DNA from: a virus
Lineage: Duplodnaviria > Caudoviricetes
Virus record (IMG/VR): IMGVR_UViG_3300028591_000180
Span: 1 to 64,000 of that record
Length of the DNA stretch: 64,000 nucleotides
Strand: one strand, 5' to 3'
Positions 18,322 through 28,550 of the stretch are shown in pieces. The stretch's first letter is position 1; each line of letters begins with the position of its first letter. The position numbers were made by a program, and so were the translations under genes. Below the pieces are notes generated by a model, which saw only the letters and a program-made list of their open reading frames with translations, made no database searches and was not told the origin of the DNA.

Positions 18322-20340
18322 ATGCCAATTAGTAGTTTAGATGAAATGCACAATGATTTCATGGTTTATGCAACTGAAGTAAATAACAACAGAGCTTTCC
18401 CTGATGCTAGAGATGGACTCAAGCCAGGAATGAGAGCTGCTCTTTATACTATGTTTAGGAAAGGATTTACCTCTAATAAGCCTCACGTGAAGTCAGCTAA
18501 GATTAGTGGCGCAGTTATCGGTGAGCTGTGGCCACATGGGGATGCCTCAGTATATGAATCTATTGTTAGGATGTCACAAGACTGGGTTAATAATATTCCT
18601 GAAATTGATTGGCATGGGGCCAATGGTTCATTATTAGGTGGACCTGAAGCTGCCTCATCAAGATATACTGAGTGTAGATTATCTACAGCTAGTGAAGATG
18701 GATTCTTCTCTAATATTAAAAAGAATACTGTTGATATGATACCTAACTTCTCAGAAGATGATGAATGGCCAGTAGTATTCCCAGCTATCTTCCCAAGATT
18801 ATTCGTTAATGGATCACAGGGTATCGGCTATACAATTGCACAAGAGTGGGAACCGGGAAATTTAAATGAATTTGTTACTAAGGTAAAAGAGTATTTAAAA
18901 AATAAGACTATAACTTATTCTGGAATTTATCCTGATTATCCAACCGGTGGAGTTATTATTAATAAGAGTTCGATCGAAGATATTTATAGAACTGGCCGGG
19001 GTACTATTATCCTTAGAGGTAAAGCTGAGATTGATGGCAATATCATTAAGATTACTTCTCTACCCTATCAAGTATATGTTGAGCCATTTATCACAGAAAT
19101 TAAGGATTTAGTTAATTCAGGAAAGATTACTGGGATTGAAGATATTTGTAATAAATCAGGTGATCAAGGAATGTTAATTGAGATTGAGTGTGGTGATGAT
19201 CCCAATCTAGTTTTAGCTTCACTGTATAAGTTAACTGATCTGCAGGCTACGTTTTCAGCTAACCAGATGGCTCTAGTTAATGGAAAGCCTGAACTATTAA
19301 GCCTTGAAGACTACATTAGAGTTTATGTTAATCATAACTTAGAATGTATCAAAAGAGAATATCAGTTTGAAATCGAAAAAGCTAATTCTAGGCTTGAAAT
19401 TGTAAATGGCTTAGTTAAAGCTCTAGTTATTATTGATGATATCATCAGGACTATCAAGGCAGCTAAAAGCTCAGAGGAAGCAAAGAATGATTTAGTAAAA
19501 TTAGGTTTTACTAAGAATCAGGCTCAGGCAATCGTTGACATGAAGTTAGGCAAGTTAGCTCACTTAGAAGGAGTAGAGCTAAATAAGGAAAAGGCTGATC
19601 TTGATAAAAAGGTAGCTACCTTTACTAAAATACTGTCTTCTCCTAAGCTGCAATCAAAAGAATTCCTGAAGAGATTAGATGATTTTACTTCTAAGTATGG
19701 ATGGAACCGCAGAACAGAAGTGATAGATGTTGATATTAAAGAAGAGAAGAAAGCTACTAAGAAGGCTAAGGTTTCTACCGAACAGGTTATGGTTTGCCTT
19801 ACTGACCAGCATGAAATTAAGAAAATTTCTTTAGCTGAATATCGTCCACAAAAGGCTTTGAATAACCTGTGTTCTATTAAGGTTGGCTCTAAGGATAAAT
19901 TTTTCTTAGTTTCTAATAAGGGTAAACTATACAAGTTACAAGCAAATAAGATCTCATTAAGTACAATGAAGTCATCAGGCACTTCAGTTGGTGAGCTCCT
20001 AGAATTAGGTGAAAACGAAAGAATTCTGAAGATCTTCTCTGGATCTGAAGAAGAACCTTACCTGTTTATGATTACTGACAATGGTAATGTAAAGAAGATG
20101 GATTGCTCAGAAGTATTTGGAATTAAGAAATCTGGTACACCAATTATCAAATTACATGAAGAGAATCTATTCGATGTATATTTAGTTACAGATAATACAA
20201 TTGTTACTGCTACTATTTCTAAACCAAAGACTTGTTCTATTAAGGTATCTGATTTCAAGTCTAAAGGAAAAAAGGCTGCAGGGGTTAGAGGATTTAAACT
20301 GAAGAAATATACCCTGATGTTTATATCTTTGCTAAATTAA
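18322..20340 (+). CDS. gyrA: type IIA DNA topoisomerase subunit A (GyrA/ParC-like)
   Basis: RAFPDARDGLKP, WPHGDASVY, catalytic SRYTE; short C-terminal domain; gyrase versus Topo IV not resolvable from sequence. Confidence 0.93.
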   Translation: MPISSLDEMHNDFMVYATEVNNNRAFPDARDGLKPGMRAALYTMFRKGFTSNKPHVKSAKISGAVIGELWPHGDASVYESIVRMSQDWVNNIPEIDWHGANGSLLGGPEAASSRYTECRLSTASEDGFFSNIKKNTVDMIPNFSEDDEWPVVFPAIFPRLFVNGSQGIGYTIAQEWEPGNLNEFVTKVKEYLKNKTITYSGIYPDYPTGGVIINKSSIEDIYRTGRGTIILRGKAEIDGNIIKITSLPYQVYVEPFITEIKDLVNSGKITGIEDICNKSGDQGMLIEIECGDDPNLVLASLYKLTDLQATFSANQMALVNGKPELLSLEDYIRVYVNHNLECIKREYQFEIEKANSRLEIVNGLVKALVIIDDIIRTIKAAKSSEEAKNDLVKLGFTKNQAQAIVDMKLGKLAHLEGVELNKEKADLDKKVATFTKILSSPKLQSKEFLKRLDDFTSKYGWNRRTEVIDVDIKEEKKATKKAKVSTEQVMVCLTDQHEIKKISLAEYRPQKALNNLCSIKVGSKDKFFLVSNKGKLYKLQANKISLSTMKSSGTSVGELLELGENERILKIFSGSEEEPYLFMITDNGNVKKMDCSEVFGIKKSGTPIIKLHEENLFDVYLVTDNTIVTATISKPKTCSIKVSDFKSKGKKAAGVRGFKLKKYTLMFISLLN

Positions 20341-20345
20341 ATATA
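20328..20345 (+). promoter_or_regulatory. putative late promoter, copy 2 (overlaps the gyrA stop codon)
   Basis: TTTGCTAAATTAAATATA. Confidence 0.6.
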
Positions 20346-20369
20346 GTGGAATTATGAGGAGGCTAGTAT

Positions 20370-23300
20370 ATGCCGTTTGTTAAAAGAGCTAATACCCATC
20401 AGACTCACTTTGAAGACCTAGTATTATTGGGGCCTGATGGATTAGAAGAATTAAATGATAAAATAGAAGGAACTATTGATACCTTAGAAAATAATAGTGA
20501 GAGATTAAATCTTACTACCAAGATTGATGGTGCTCCTGCTGTTATTTGTTGGAGTAAGTTTGAAGGCTATCCAGATAATTCATGTTGTTTAAAGAGTGCT
20601 TTTGATGCTAAGAAAAATAAGAAGATTTGTTCTACTCCTCAGGATGTTGACCTTTATTATGGAGATACACCAGAGAGAGCAGAAATGCTAAAAGATTGTT
20701 TAGTAATATGTCCATCCATTCCTGCAGGTGAAGCCTGGCAAGGAGATTGTTTATTTGTATCTAATACTAAAAAAGTAGAAAAGATAAATGGCAAAGAATA
20801 CCTCACCTTCATGCCGAATAAAATTATCTATGCTTTCTCTGAAGATAATCCTGGTTATGATGATGTGAAGAAAGCTTCATTTGGAATTGCTTTTCATACT
20901 ATTTACAAAGGGAACGGTGAGAATAGACAACAGTCATTCAAAGTTGATACCTCTAAGTTAAATACACCAGATGATTTCTATATTATGTCTCCAGCTTTAA
21001 ATATCCCAACAGACAAGAAAGTATTTAACCTTGATAAGGTTAAATCTCAGTTTGATAGGCTTGAAGATTTAGAACAGAAGTTATTATCTGATTATGACTA
21101 TGAAGACTTAATTAATAATTCCTTATTTAGAGAGTATTGGGATACCTTTGAAAATAATTCTTTGGCCGACAAGAAGGCTATTACTATTAATGAAAATACT
21201 TTTATTGAGGAATTAAAAGATTTTATTAAGAACGTAAGAGGTCCAGAGAAATTAGCTTCTAAAGTTAAGAAATTAAAAACTGAAAAGGGTATTGCTAATG
21301 CTACTGAGAATTATAATCAAGAAATATTAGAACTTGAGGAAGTAATTGATAAGAACAGAGAATTACTTGTTAAATTAGTACAAACCCTTAATTGTGCTGC
21401 TACAATTAAAATGTTATTATGGCAAGGATTTAAGCAAACTCAGTTTGATTATAATACTTTCTATCGTTCTAGAACTAAAGGTTATCTTCCAGGTGAAATG
21501 GAAGGTGTAGCTATGTCTGACCAGGATGGAAACATTGTTAAGATTGTTGACCGTAGCACTTTCAGTTCTTATAACAGAGACCCCGACATTATGTCTGGAT
21601 TTGAACACCCAGAAAATCTTACTACTGAACAACTATCATTTAAAGAAAGTTATAATGATGAACTAGTTGAATGCGGTATACAGCAACTTTGGGAAAAGTT
21701 CAATAGATTATTAGAATCTGAACAGAAAACAGCTGTAGTAGCCTTTGGAAGAATGAATCCACCAACAATTGGACACCAGAAGCTAGTTGATACGATGGCC
21801 TCATTAGCTACAGGTGAAAAGGCTAAATTATTCTTAAGTCATACACAGGATAAGAAGAAAAATCCATTGTCTTATGAGCAGAAGATCAGATATGCTAAAG
21901 AAGCTTTTGAACCGAAGATTGATGTAGTAGAATCACCTGCAAGAACCATCATCGAAGTACTGAGAGACTTATATTCTGACGGATATACAGACATCATTTA
22001 TGTTGGTGGTGAAGACCGTATTGGAGGAGTCGATGATACCTCAGGTTTAATCATGAGATACAATGGACAGCCTGATAAGTCTGGAAATATTCCTTATGAT
22101 TTTAACTCAATTAAATTTAAGAGTGCTGGTGGTGGAGATGAAGGCGGGGACCGAAAAAAATTCACCTATGAGTATGTAAAACAAAACCTTGATAAATTAA
22201 ACCTTGAAGAAATTGCTTCTGCTAGCTTAGTAAGAGAATGCGTTAAACGTGGTGATTTTGAATTATTTAAAAAACTAGTACCTTTCAATGAAGTTGATGC
22301 TGAAGCTTTATTTAATGAGATTAGAAGCTTCTATAAAGATAATGGACTGTTGGGTGAAAGTTTATTGACTGAGGAAAACAATCCTTCTATTTCAGTATTT
22401 CGAAACTGGCTTAAACCGTATTTAGATCCAAAGCTTATTCAGATGGAAAATAGTAGACATTCATCAGCTGAGCTTTTTAGATTAAAGACCAATACTGAAA
22501 ATCTTTCCTACGAAGATAAAGAAGAAGAGATAAAAAATTTAGTAACTAAAAGTATAAATAATGCTTCTTCAAATTTACCAACCCAATTAAAAAATATTCT
22601 ATTAAATAATGTAAATATAATAGGATATAGTAATTATTCAGGTGAAGCAAATACATCTGGGAAGTATAAAGATTTTAAGATAGAGTTTATCTATCAAGAT
22701 GACCAGGGAGATAGTAAAAAAGATTATTACTATATTTGCGTCAATCCAGGTGAAGTTAAATCAATGATTCCCAGTAAGGTAATGGAGAAAATAAATAATG
22801 TTAATTATAAATCAATGTATAAATTTGTTTCTCCTAAAGCTCCTAACCGGGAAATACTAGTAAAGATTTTACAAGAAGCTTCATCATCCTCAAATGTTAG
22901 TTATAGAGGAACTGTTAAGGATAATTTACTTAACAAAGGTAGCTTTGAAATATTATTCAAAACCAGAGATAGTGATGTATTAGAATTGATTAAATCAAAT
23001 AGGTCTTTCACCATAGATTTTGCTGAAGTACTAGGATCAGTAGTGTTGGCTAATGCTGTATCACAAGATATTCATAATGAAGATACATTAATTTCTTTCC
23101 CGACTGGAAGTAATGCTGAATTATTAGATTATGTTTTACATAATAGTAATTCTATTCTTGGGCCTGAGTTAAAAATATCAGCTAAAACAGGAATGGGTGG
23201 AGCACCCTCTAGTGGAAGTTTAATCAACAGTATTGTAGAATATTATTCTGATAACAATGTACCTGAAGAATATAAGAGTGGTTATGACTTCTGTGTATGG

Positions 23301-23882
23301 GCTGAGAAGAATATTACTCGAAACTCAGGTGAAGATAGAGTAAATACTCATACAGGTTTTATAAATCTTTCTAAAGAGTTAATTTCTATAATATCAGGTA
23401 ATAGAGATAGCTGGTCTAATCTATTAAAAATAGACCAAAATGATATTAATGTTATTAGGTCTATATATAATTTTAAGTTAAATAATTATAATGACATTGT
23501 TAAGTTATATGACTTAACTAATGGCTTGAGAATAAACGATAATTTCGGTAAACTGAGAAAGTCAATCTATGACATGGCTGAAAAAACAGGACATCTTGAA
23601 AAATATCTGGAATCAGTTAAGTATAAGATTTTAAGTACTATTATGGTTAATTATATAAATGACTCTGATAAATTAATGGATGATATAAATAATTTATTTA
23701 GGATAGCTTATGGAACTCTTATTCAAATACATTTAGTAGACGATAATGATATAATAGAAGGAAACTTTAAGTTTTATACTCAAACAACTCAAACAGATAA
23801 TTATAGATTTTTACAAAATACTGGAATATCCTCTAAAGACTTCACCATGAATAATCAACGCTTAGCCATGAGGTTAAAATAA
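20370..23882 (+). CDS. 1170-aa multi-domain protein: DUF6267-like (KxDG) + cytidylyltransferase-like (HxGH) + putative nuclease-fold domain
   Basis: HQTHFEDL...TTKIDGAPA; VAFGRMNPPTIGHQKL; FAEVLG...FPTGSNAELLDY...KISAK. Confidence 0.7.
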   Translation: MPFVKRANTHQTHFEDLVLLGPDGLEELNDKIEGTIDTLENNSERLNLTTKIDGAPAVICWSKFEGYPDNSCCLKSAFDAKKNKKICSTPQDVDLYYGDTPERAEMLKDCLVICPSIPAGEAWQGDCLFVSNTKKVEKINGKEYLTFMPNKIIYAFSEDNPGYDDVKKASFGIAFHTIYKGNGENRQQSFKVDTSKLNTPDDFYIMSPALNIPTDKKVFNLDKVKSQFDRLEDLEQKLLSDYDYEDLINNSLFREYWDTFENNSLADKKAITINENTFIEELKDFIKNVRGPEKLASKVKKLKTEKGIANATENYNQEILELEEVIDKNRELLVKLVQTLNCAATIKMLLWQGFKQTQFDYNTFYRSRTKGYLPGEMEGVAMSDQDGNIVKIVDRSTFSSYNRDPDIMSGFEHPENLTTEQLSFKESYNDELVECGIQQLWEKFNRLLESEQKTAVVAFGRMNPPTIGHQKLVDTMASLATGEKAKLFLSHTQDKKKNPLSYEQKIRYAKEAFEPKIDVVESPARTIIEVLRDLYSDGYTDIIYVGGEDRIGGVDDTSGLIMRYNGQPDKSGNIPYDFNSIKFKSAGGGDEGGDRKKFTYEYVKQNLDKLNLEEIASASLVRECVKRGDFELFKKLVPFNEVDAEALFNEIRSFYKDNGLLGESLLTEENNPSISVFRNWLKPYLDPKLIQMENSRHSSAELFRLKTNTENLSYEDKEEEIKNLVTKSINNASSNLPTQLKNILLNNVNIIGYSNYSGEANTSGKYKDFKIEFIYQDDQGDSKKDYYYICVNPGEVKSMIPSKVMEKINNVNYKSMYKFVSPKAPNREILVKILQEASSSSNVSYRGTVKDNLLNKGSFEILFKTRDSDVLELIKSNRSFTIDFAEVLGSVVLANAVSQDIHNEDTLISFPTGSNAELLDYVLHNSNSILGPELKISAKTGMGGAPSSGSLINSIVEYYSDNNVPEEYKSGYDFCVWAEKNITRNSGEDRVNTHTGFINLSKELISIISGNRDSWSNLLKIDQNDINVIRSIYNFKLNNYNDIVKLYDLTNGLRINDNFGKLRKSIYDMAEKTGHLEKYLESVKYKILSTIMVNYINDSDKLMDDINNLFRIAYGTLIQIHLVDDNDIIEGNFKFYTQTTQTDNYRFLQNTGISSKDFTMNNQRLAMRLK

Positions 23883-23888
23883 TTTAGG

Positions 23889-23943
23889 AAGAGTTAGTTT
23901 AATCTAACTCTTTTTATTGTTATAATATATCTGTAAATGGAGG
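23889..23943 (+). promoter_or_regulatory. terminator + early promoter cassette
   Basis: AAGAGTTAG-TTTAAT-CTAACTCTT hairpin; TTTAAT(23898)-N17-TATAAT(23921)-ATATCTGTAAATGGAGG. Confidence 0.75.
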
Positions 23944-23951
23944 ATCATCAT

Positions 23952-24236
23952 ATGTCAAATAACGTCATTAATACTACTTTATCTGAAACTACAATTTATA
24001 CTTCTATCCGCTCTGTTACTGATTTAACAAACATTATCAAAAAATCAATCTCAAATATTAACTCATCTATTAACTTTCACAATTCTGTACCCACCGAACA
24101 ACGTGATACCTATTTAATAGAAATTCTTCAAAACAAATTAAATTTATTAACTAATCATCTAAATTATCTTAACACTCTGCCACACAATTATTATATCTGT
24201 ATGGCCGACTCTGAACTAAATAACTTATATTATTAA
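23952..24236 (+). CDS. hypothetical protein (Asn/Ile/Thr/Ser-rich, G-poor coding strand)
   Basis: ATG after GGAGG and promoter. Confidence 0.6.
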   Translation: MSNNVINTTLSETTIYTSIRSVTDLTNIIKKSISNINSSINFHNSVPTEQRDTYLIEILQNKLNLLTNHLNYLNTLPHNYYICMADSELNNLYY

Positions 24237-24340
24237 GGTAACTACCTTAATAATTTATTGTATATTATAATGTGGGTAATACAAGAGAGAATTTGCTAGA
24301 TAGGACTAGCTTATAATTAAATCATTAGGAGGATTTAAGG

Positions 24341-24619
24341 ATGAAAAAATTATTTTATAGTGAAATTTTAAAGAAGTACTACGATACCGAAGAAGAATGC
24401 CTGAAGGCTGAAAATGAATGGAATGAACAGCACAAGGCAGAACTTGCAGCTAAGGCAGAAAAGACGGCTAAGGCCAAGGAGGTAGAAGAAGCTTACAAAA
24501 AGTACATTGAACTGAGGTCAGAATTCATTAAGAAGTATGGTCAGTTTCACATGACATTAACTGACAAAGATCTCCCTACTAATTCATTATTTGATATTTT
24601 CGATAGAATCTGGTTTTAA
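24341..24619 (+). CDS. coiled-coil hypothetical protein
   Basis: 92 aa, AGGAGG RBS. Confidence 0.75.
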   Translation: MKKLFYSEILKKYYDTEEECLKAENEWNEQHKAELAAKAEKTAKAKEVEEAYKKYIELRSEFIKKYGQFHMTLTDKDLPTNSLFDIFDRIWF

Positions 24620-24677
24620 TTTCTAATACCCACTAATAAACAAAATCTTTCTCTCTATATGTTTATGTTATAAAAAA

Positions 24678-24704
24678 TAAAAGCTCGAAAGGGCTTTTAT
24701 TTTA
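24678..24704 (+). terminator. intrinsic terminator
   Basis: AAAAGCTC-GAAA-GGGCTTTT followed by T-tract. Confidence 0.75.
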
Positions 24705-24705
24705 G

Positions 24706-24754
24706 TTTAAATTATCTATCATATTTATTATAATAATAATGTAAATAAAGGAGG
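24706..24754 (+). promoter_or_regulatory. early promoter
   Basis: TAG-TTTAAA-N17-TATAAT-AATAATGTAAATAAAGGAGG. Confidence 0.8.
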
Positions 24755-24761
24755 CTCACTC

Positions 24762-25334
24762 ATGGAATACAATTTCTTCGAACTGATCTCAAAAGCTTAT
24801 CCCATCATTAAATCTGAGGGATATACCAAAGGTGAAACTTCTCAGTATATTAAGAGTAATTATTCTAATCTACCATCAGAAGCCTCAATGGAAGATGTAA
24901 GTGATTTCATCCAGTGGGTAGAAGAAAGATCTGCTAACTCCAAAAGTGACTACATGAAGTCTGTTTTAGCTCTTAGGAATAAGAAGGATATTAAAGAAAA
25001 CGAATTAAATCTTATCTTATCCTCCCTTGGATTTTATTTTAAAGATAAGAAAGCTCAGGAAGAAAGAGATAATAATCCATCAAAATTCATTGGTCAAGTA
25101 GGTGATAAGGTTACCTTTACCATTAAAGAAAAGAAAGCAATTTCCTACGGTGATTTTGGAAATACTTTCTATAGGTTAGTAGGAACTGATAATAATATTT
25201 ACATGTGGTCTACTTCTTTATACCCGGAAGTTGGTGATACTATTACTGCTAAGGTAAAAGCCCATCGTGATTACAGAGGAGAAAAACAAACTATTATAAC
25301 CAGAGGAAAGGTTATCCACCCTGAGGAGGATTAA
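24762..25334 (+). CDS. protein with C-terminal OB-fold-like domain
   Basis: SKFIGQVGDKV...WSTS...ITAKVKAHRDYRGEKQTIITRGKV pattern common in phage proteins. Confidence 0.7.
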   Translation: MEYNFFELISKAYPIIKSEGYTKGETSQYIKSNYSNLPSEASMEDVSDFIQWVEERSANSKSDYMKSVLALRNKKDIKENELNLILSSLGFYFKDKKAQEERDNNPSKFIGQVGDKVTFTIKEKKAISYGDFGNTFYRLVGTDNNIYMWSTSLYPEVGDTITAKVKAHRDYRGEKQTIITRGKVIHPEED

Positions 25335-25814
25335 ATGAATAGAACTAAAGAAGAATACCGTAAAGAATTTGAAGAAATTGAAAATAAATGGTTTGATGAA
25401 TGGAATGCTCTGGGTGGACCTGAAAGTGGTAAAAGGCCTGACTGGTATTATGTAGATAAGCAGTTAGAACTTAGAAAAGACTGGTATAGGTCTTTAGAAG
25501 TAGGCGACAAGGTTCATATTAGACATTACACAGATATTACTCCAGCAACGGTAATTAAGAGAACACCGAGGATGGTCATTGTTAGAAATGAAAAGGCCGA
25601 TCTCGATGGTAAATGGAAGCCTGAATTTATTCCCGGCGGCTTCTCTGCCCACTGCACTAATGATAATGATCAGATCAGTCATTGGATAATTGAAGAAGAT
25701 CTTGAGGGCTCAACAGAAAGATTTAACTGGTCAGAGAAGTACGGTATTTGGAAGAATAGTTCAGACGAAACCTTGGGTGCTGGCTGGATGAAATACTATG
25801 ATTATAATTTCTAG
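25335..25814 (+). CDS. hypothetical protein
   Basis: 159 aa, GGAGG RBS. Confidence 0.75.
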   Translation: MNRTKEEYRKEFEEIENKWFDEWNALGGPESGKRPDWYYVDKQLELRKDWYRSLEVGDKVHIRHYTDITPATVIKRTPRMVIVRNEKADLDGKWKPEFIPGGFSAHCTNDNDQISHWIIEEDLEGSTERFNWSEKYGIWKNSSDETLGAGWMKYYDYNF

Positions 25815-25823
25815 GAGGTATAT

Positions 25824-26003
25824 ATGGAAAGAGTAAAAAGAATTTGCCCACGATGCAAAAGAACTTATTTAGATTACCCAGCAATAAGCAGAAGAGATAA
25901 TAAGACTCCTATCTGCCCAGATTGTGGAACAGCTGAAGCTTTTGAAGATTATTTTGGAGATACTTATACAGGAGAAAAATATTGGGAAGAAGATGAAAGC
26001 TAA
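25824..26003 (+). CDS. zinc-ribbon protein
   Basis: CPRC...PAISRRDNKTPICPDCG, 59 aa, GGAGG RBS; not in the ORF track. Confidence 0.75.
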   Translation: MERVKRICPRCKRTYLDYPAISRRDNKTPICPDCGTAEAFEDYFGDTYTGEKYWEEDES

Positions 26004-26250
26004 GTTAGAAAATTACACTGGAAAAGTTTTTGAAAAACCCCTTGATGCTATTTACGAAAAGTGTTTAGATTGCTCTGGCAATGATGATAAAGAATTAAAA
26101 TTATGTGCTTGTACTTCTTGTTCTTTATGGCCCTTTAGATTTGGTAATACGCCATATAAGAGGTCACGGAATATAACTGAAGAACAGCGTAGAGAAGTAG
26201 GAGAAAGGCTGAAGAAAGCCCGGCAACTAAATGGCAAGCAAGAGAGATAA
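25993..26250 (+). CDS. Cys-rich zinc-binding phage protein
   Basis: PLDAIYEKCLDCSG...C..CSLWPFRFG; start ATG 25993. Confidence 0.7.
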   Translation: MKAKLENYTGKVFEKPLDAIYEKCLDCSGNDDKELKLCACTSCSLWPFRFGNTPYKRSRNITEEQRREVGERLKKARQLNGKQER

Positions 26251-26587
26251 AGTAAAAGATATTGATAGGTTTAGTATTATTTGTCCATTAAATAGATGTT
26301 ATGTTTGTGGTACCACTCAAAATATTCATATACACGAAGTATTTGGAGGTCAAAATAGATCTAAATCTAAATCGGATGGGATGTGCATAGGTTTATGTGG
26401 ACCACATCATAATTTATCAAGCAACGGAATACATTATAATAAAATACTTGACGAAAGAGTAAAGAAACAAGCAGAAAAGATTTGGATTAAGAACTATTGT
26501 GATAAAGATCTTTCACCTTCTGATAAGATTAATTTATTTATCAAGAGATATGGAATTAATTATCTTGATGAAGGAGAAGTTATTTAA
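26231..26587 (+). CDS. HNH/Ref-like putative nuclease
   Basis: CYVCG...HIHEVFGG..R...LCGPHH. Confidence 0.7.
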   Translation: MASKRDKVKDIDRFSIICPLNRCYVCGTTQNIHIHEVFGGQNRSKSKSDGMCIGLCGPHHNLSSNGIHYNKILDERVKKQAEKIWIKNYCDKDLSPSDKINLFIKRYGINYLDEGEVI

Positions 26588-26628
26588 AACAATACTGTAT
26601 AATATAATATTGAAGGAGAAATAGTGCT

Positions 26629-27279
26629 ATGAAAGTTTATTTAGCTGGCTCTATTTTTTATTATGGTGATGAGTTACGTAATAGAGAATGGGCAAAGAAA
26701 ATTAGAGACCAATTCCCCGGTATTGATCTTTACTCACCAATTGAAAACACAGACATCAACGGTACTGAAGGCAAGAAGAAGTTTGCCGGTTCTAAGTTAA
26801 TTGCTAATGGAGATAATCAGAGGTTAGATAATACTGATGTTCTATTGGCTTGTATTGATGGAGATGTTATTCCAAGTGGCACTAGTGCAGAAATTGGTGT
26901 AATGAGAGAAAAGATTCGTAGAGGAGATCATAAATACGTCATTGGTATTTGCACTGATAACAGAGAGTGCTCAAGGACACATAGTTTAGAGAAAGATCAG
27001 GGTGCGGCTGCAGACATTTGTGAGCAACAGTACTGCTATCAAAATCTCTATACGGTGGGTTTGATAAAGGAATCTGGCATCCTTGTAAATAACATTGATG
27101 ATGCTATTGAGTTTATGAAAAAGATTGCCCCTGAATTTTTACAGGAGTTTGTAGACTCAGAACCCTGAGATAATGAAAAGATTTTTAATTTTCTAAAAGA
27201 TGATAAATCCTTTTGAGGTGAAGATGAAGAAGTTAAACAATACTCAGAAGGAATGCGGAGGGAAATATTAAATGGATAA
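26629..27279 (+). CDS. nucleoside 2-deoxyribosyltransferase-family protein (216 aa under TGA=Trp)
   Basis: KVYLAGSIF, D..RL...D.LLACIDG...SGTSAEIG; read-through of TGA 27166 and 27205 brings the stop into an 8-nt overlap with the next ATG. Confidence 0.8.
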
Positions 27280-28516
27280 TTTAATTTATAAAATTGATGA
27301 ATCTCCAAAGACATTAAAAGAATATCTATTATATGGTGCTCAGCAATGTCTTTCTATTCTTACTGCCACAATTCTTATTTCTACCATTTGTGGTACTAAT
27401 GTGGCGGCTGGTTTTGTAGGAGCTGGTGTTGCAACAATTGTATTCTTAGTATTAACAGGATTTAAAGCTCCATTATTCTTTAGTAATAGTGGTTCTACCT
27501 GTGCTGCTGTTATTACTGCTTTGGCTTTAGGGCATGATTACACCGGTGTTATTCTTGGTGGTGTCACTATTTGTGTTATGAATACTTGTGCAGCTTTGAT
27601 TACAAAGAAAGCTGGTTCAGGCTGAGTCAATAAACTATTACCACCTGTTGTTTCTGGTACGATCGTAACGATCATTGGTCTTAACCTCGCTGGTTTCTGT
27701 GCTACCTATGTTGGCATGGGAGTTGAAGGTGAACTTAAGAGAGTAATTGTAGCATTCTGTACAATGCTCATTACAGTTTGTACAATGCACTACTCTAAAG
27801 GAATGTTAAAGACCTTACCATTCTTAGTTGGAGCTTTAGGTGGTTACTTGATTTCTATCATCTTTGGACTAGTTGACTTCTCAGTTTTCAAAGACATTTC
27901 ATTAATTACACTTCCGGACTTTGCGTTTAAGCATATTGACTTTAAATTATTTGATTGGGCAACATTACCAACAATCATTGTGACATTTGGTGCTGTAAAC
28001 CTTGCTAACTTAGGTGAGCATATTTCAGACATCTTAGCTGTAAGTACAGTAGTTAGAGAAGATCTTACTGAGAAAGTTGGCTTACATAAAACATTCTTAG
28101 GTGATGGTATCGCTGACTTAATTGGTACATTTATTGGTGGCCAGCCTACTACTACTTATTCAGAATCATTATCTACCATTGCTGTTTCTAGAGTAGCATC
28201 AACCAAGGTTATTTTAGTGTCTGCCGTTATGACTGTCTTATTAGGTTTCTTTGGTCCATTACAGACATTAATTATTAGTATTCCTGATTGTGTCTTTGGT
28301 GGTATTGCTCTAGTAGCTTATGGTATGATTGCTGCAAGTGGTGTTAGAATTCTGACGACAGTAGATTTCAATAAACAAAGAAATGTTATTATTACAGCTA
28401 CGATGTTAACAATCGGTGTTTCTGGTGTAGCTTTTAATATTGGCCAGTTTACTCTGGGAGCTATAGCCTTAGCTATGGTATCTGGGCTGGTGATCAATTT
28501 ATTATTAAAAGAATAG
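27272..28516 (+). CDS. NCS2-family uracil/xanthine permease (414 aa under TGA=Trp)
   Basis: Two track ORFs joined by a single TGA at 27623 (GSG-W-VNKLLPPVVSG); GQPTTTYSES signature. Confidence 0.9.
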
Positions 28517-28550
28517 TGTATATTATTTTTTAGAAAGAAAGAGGTTAATT

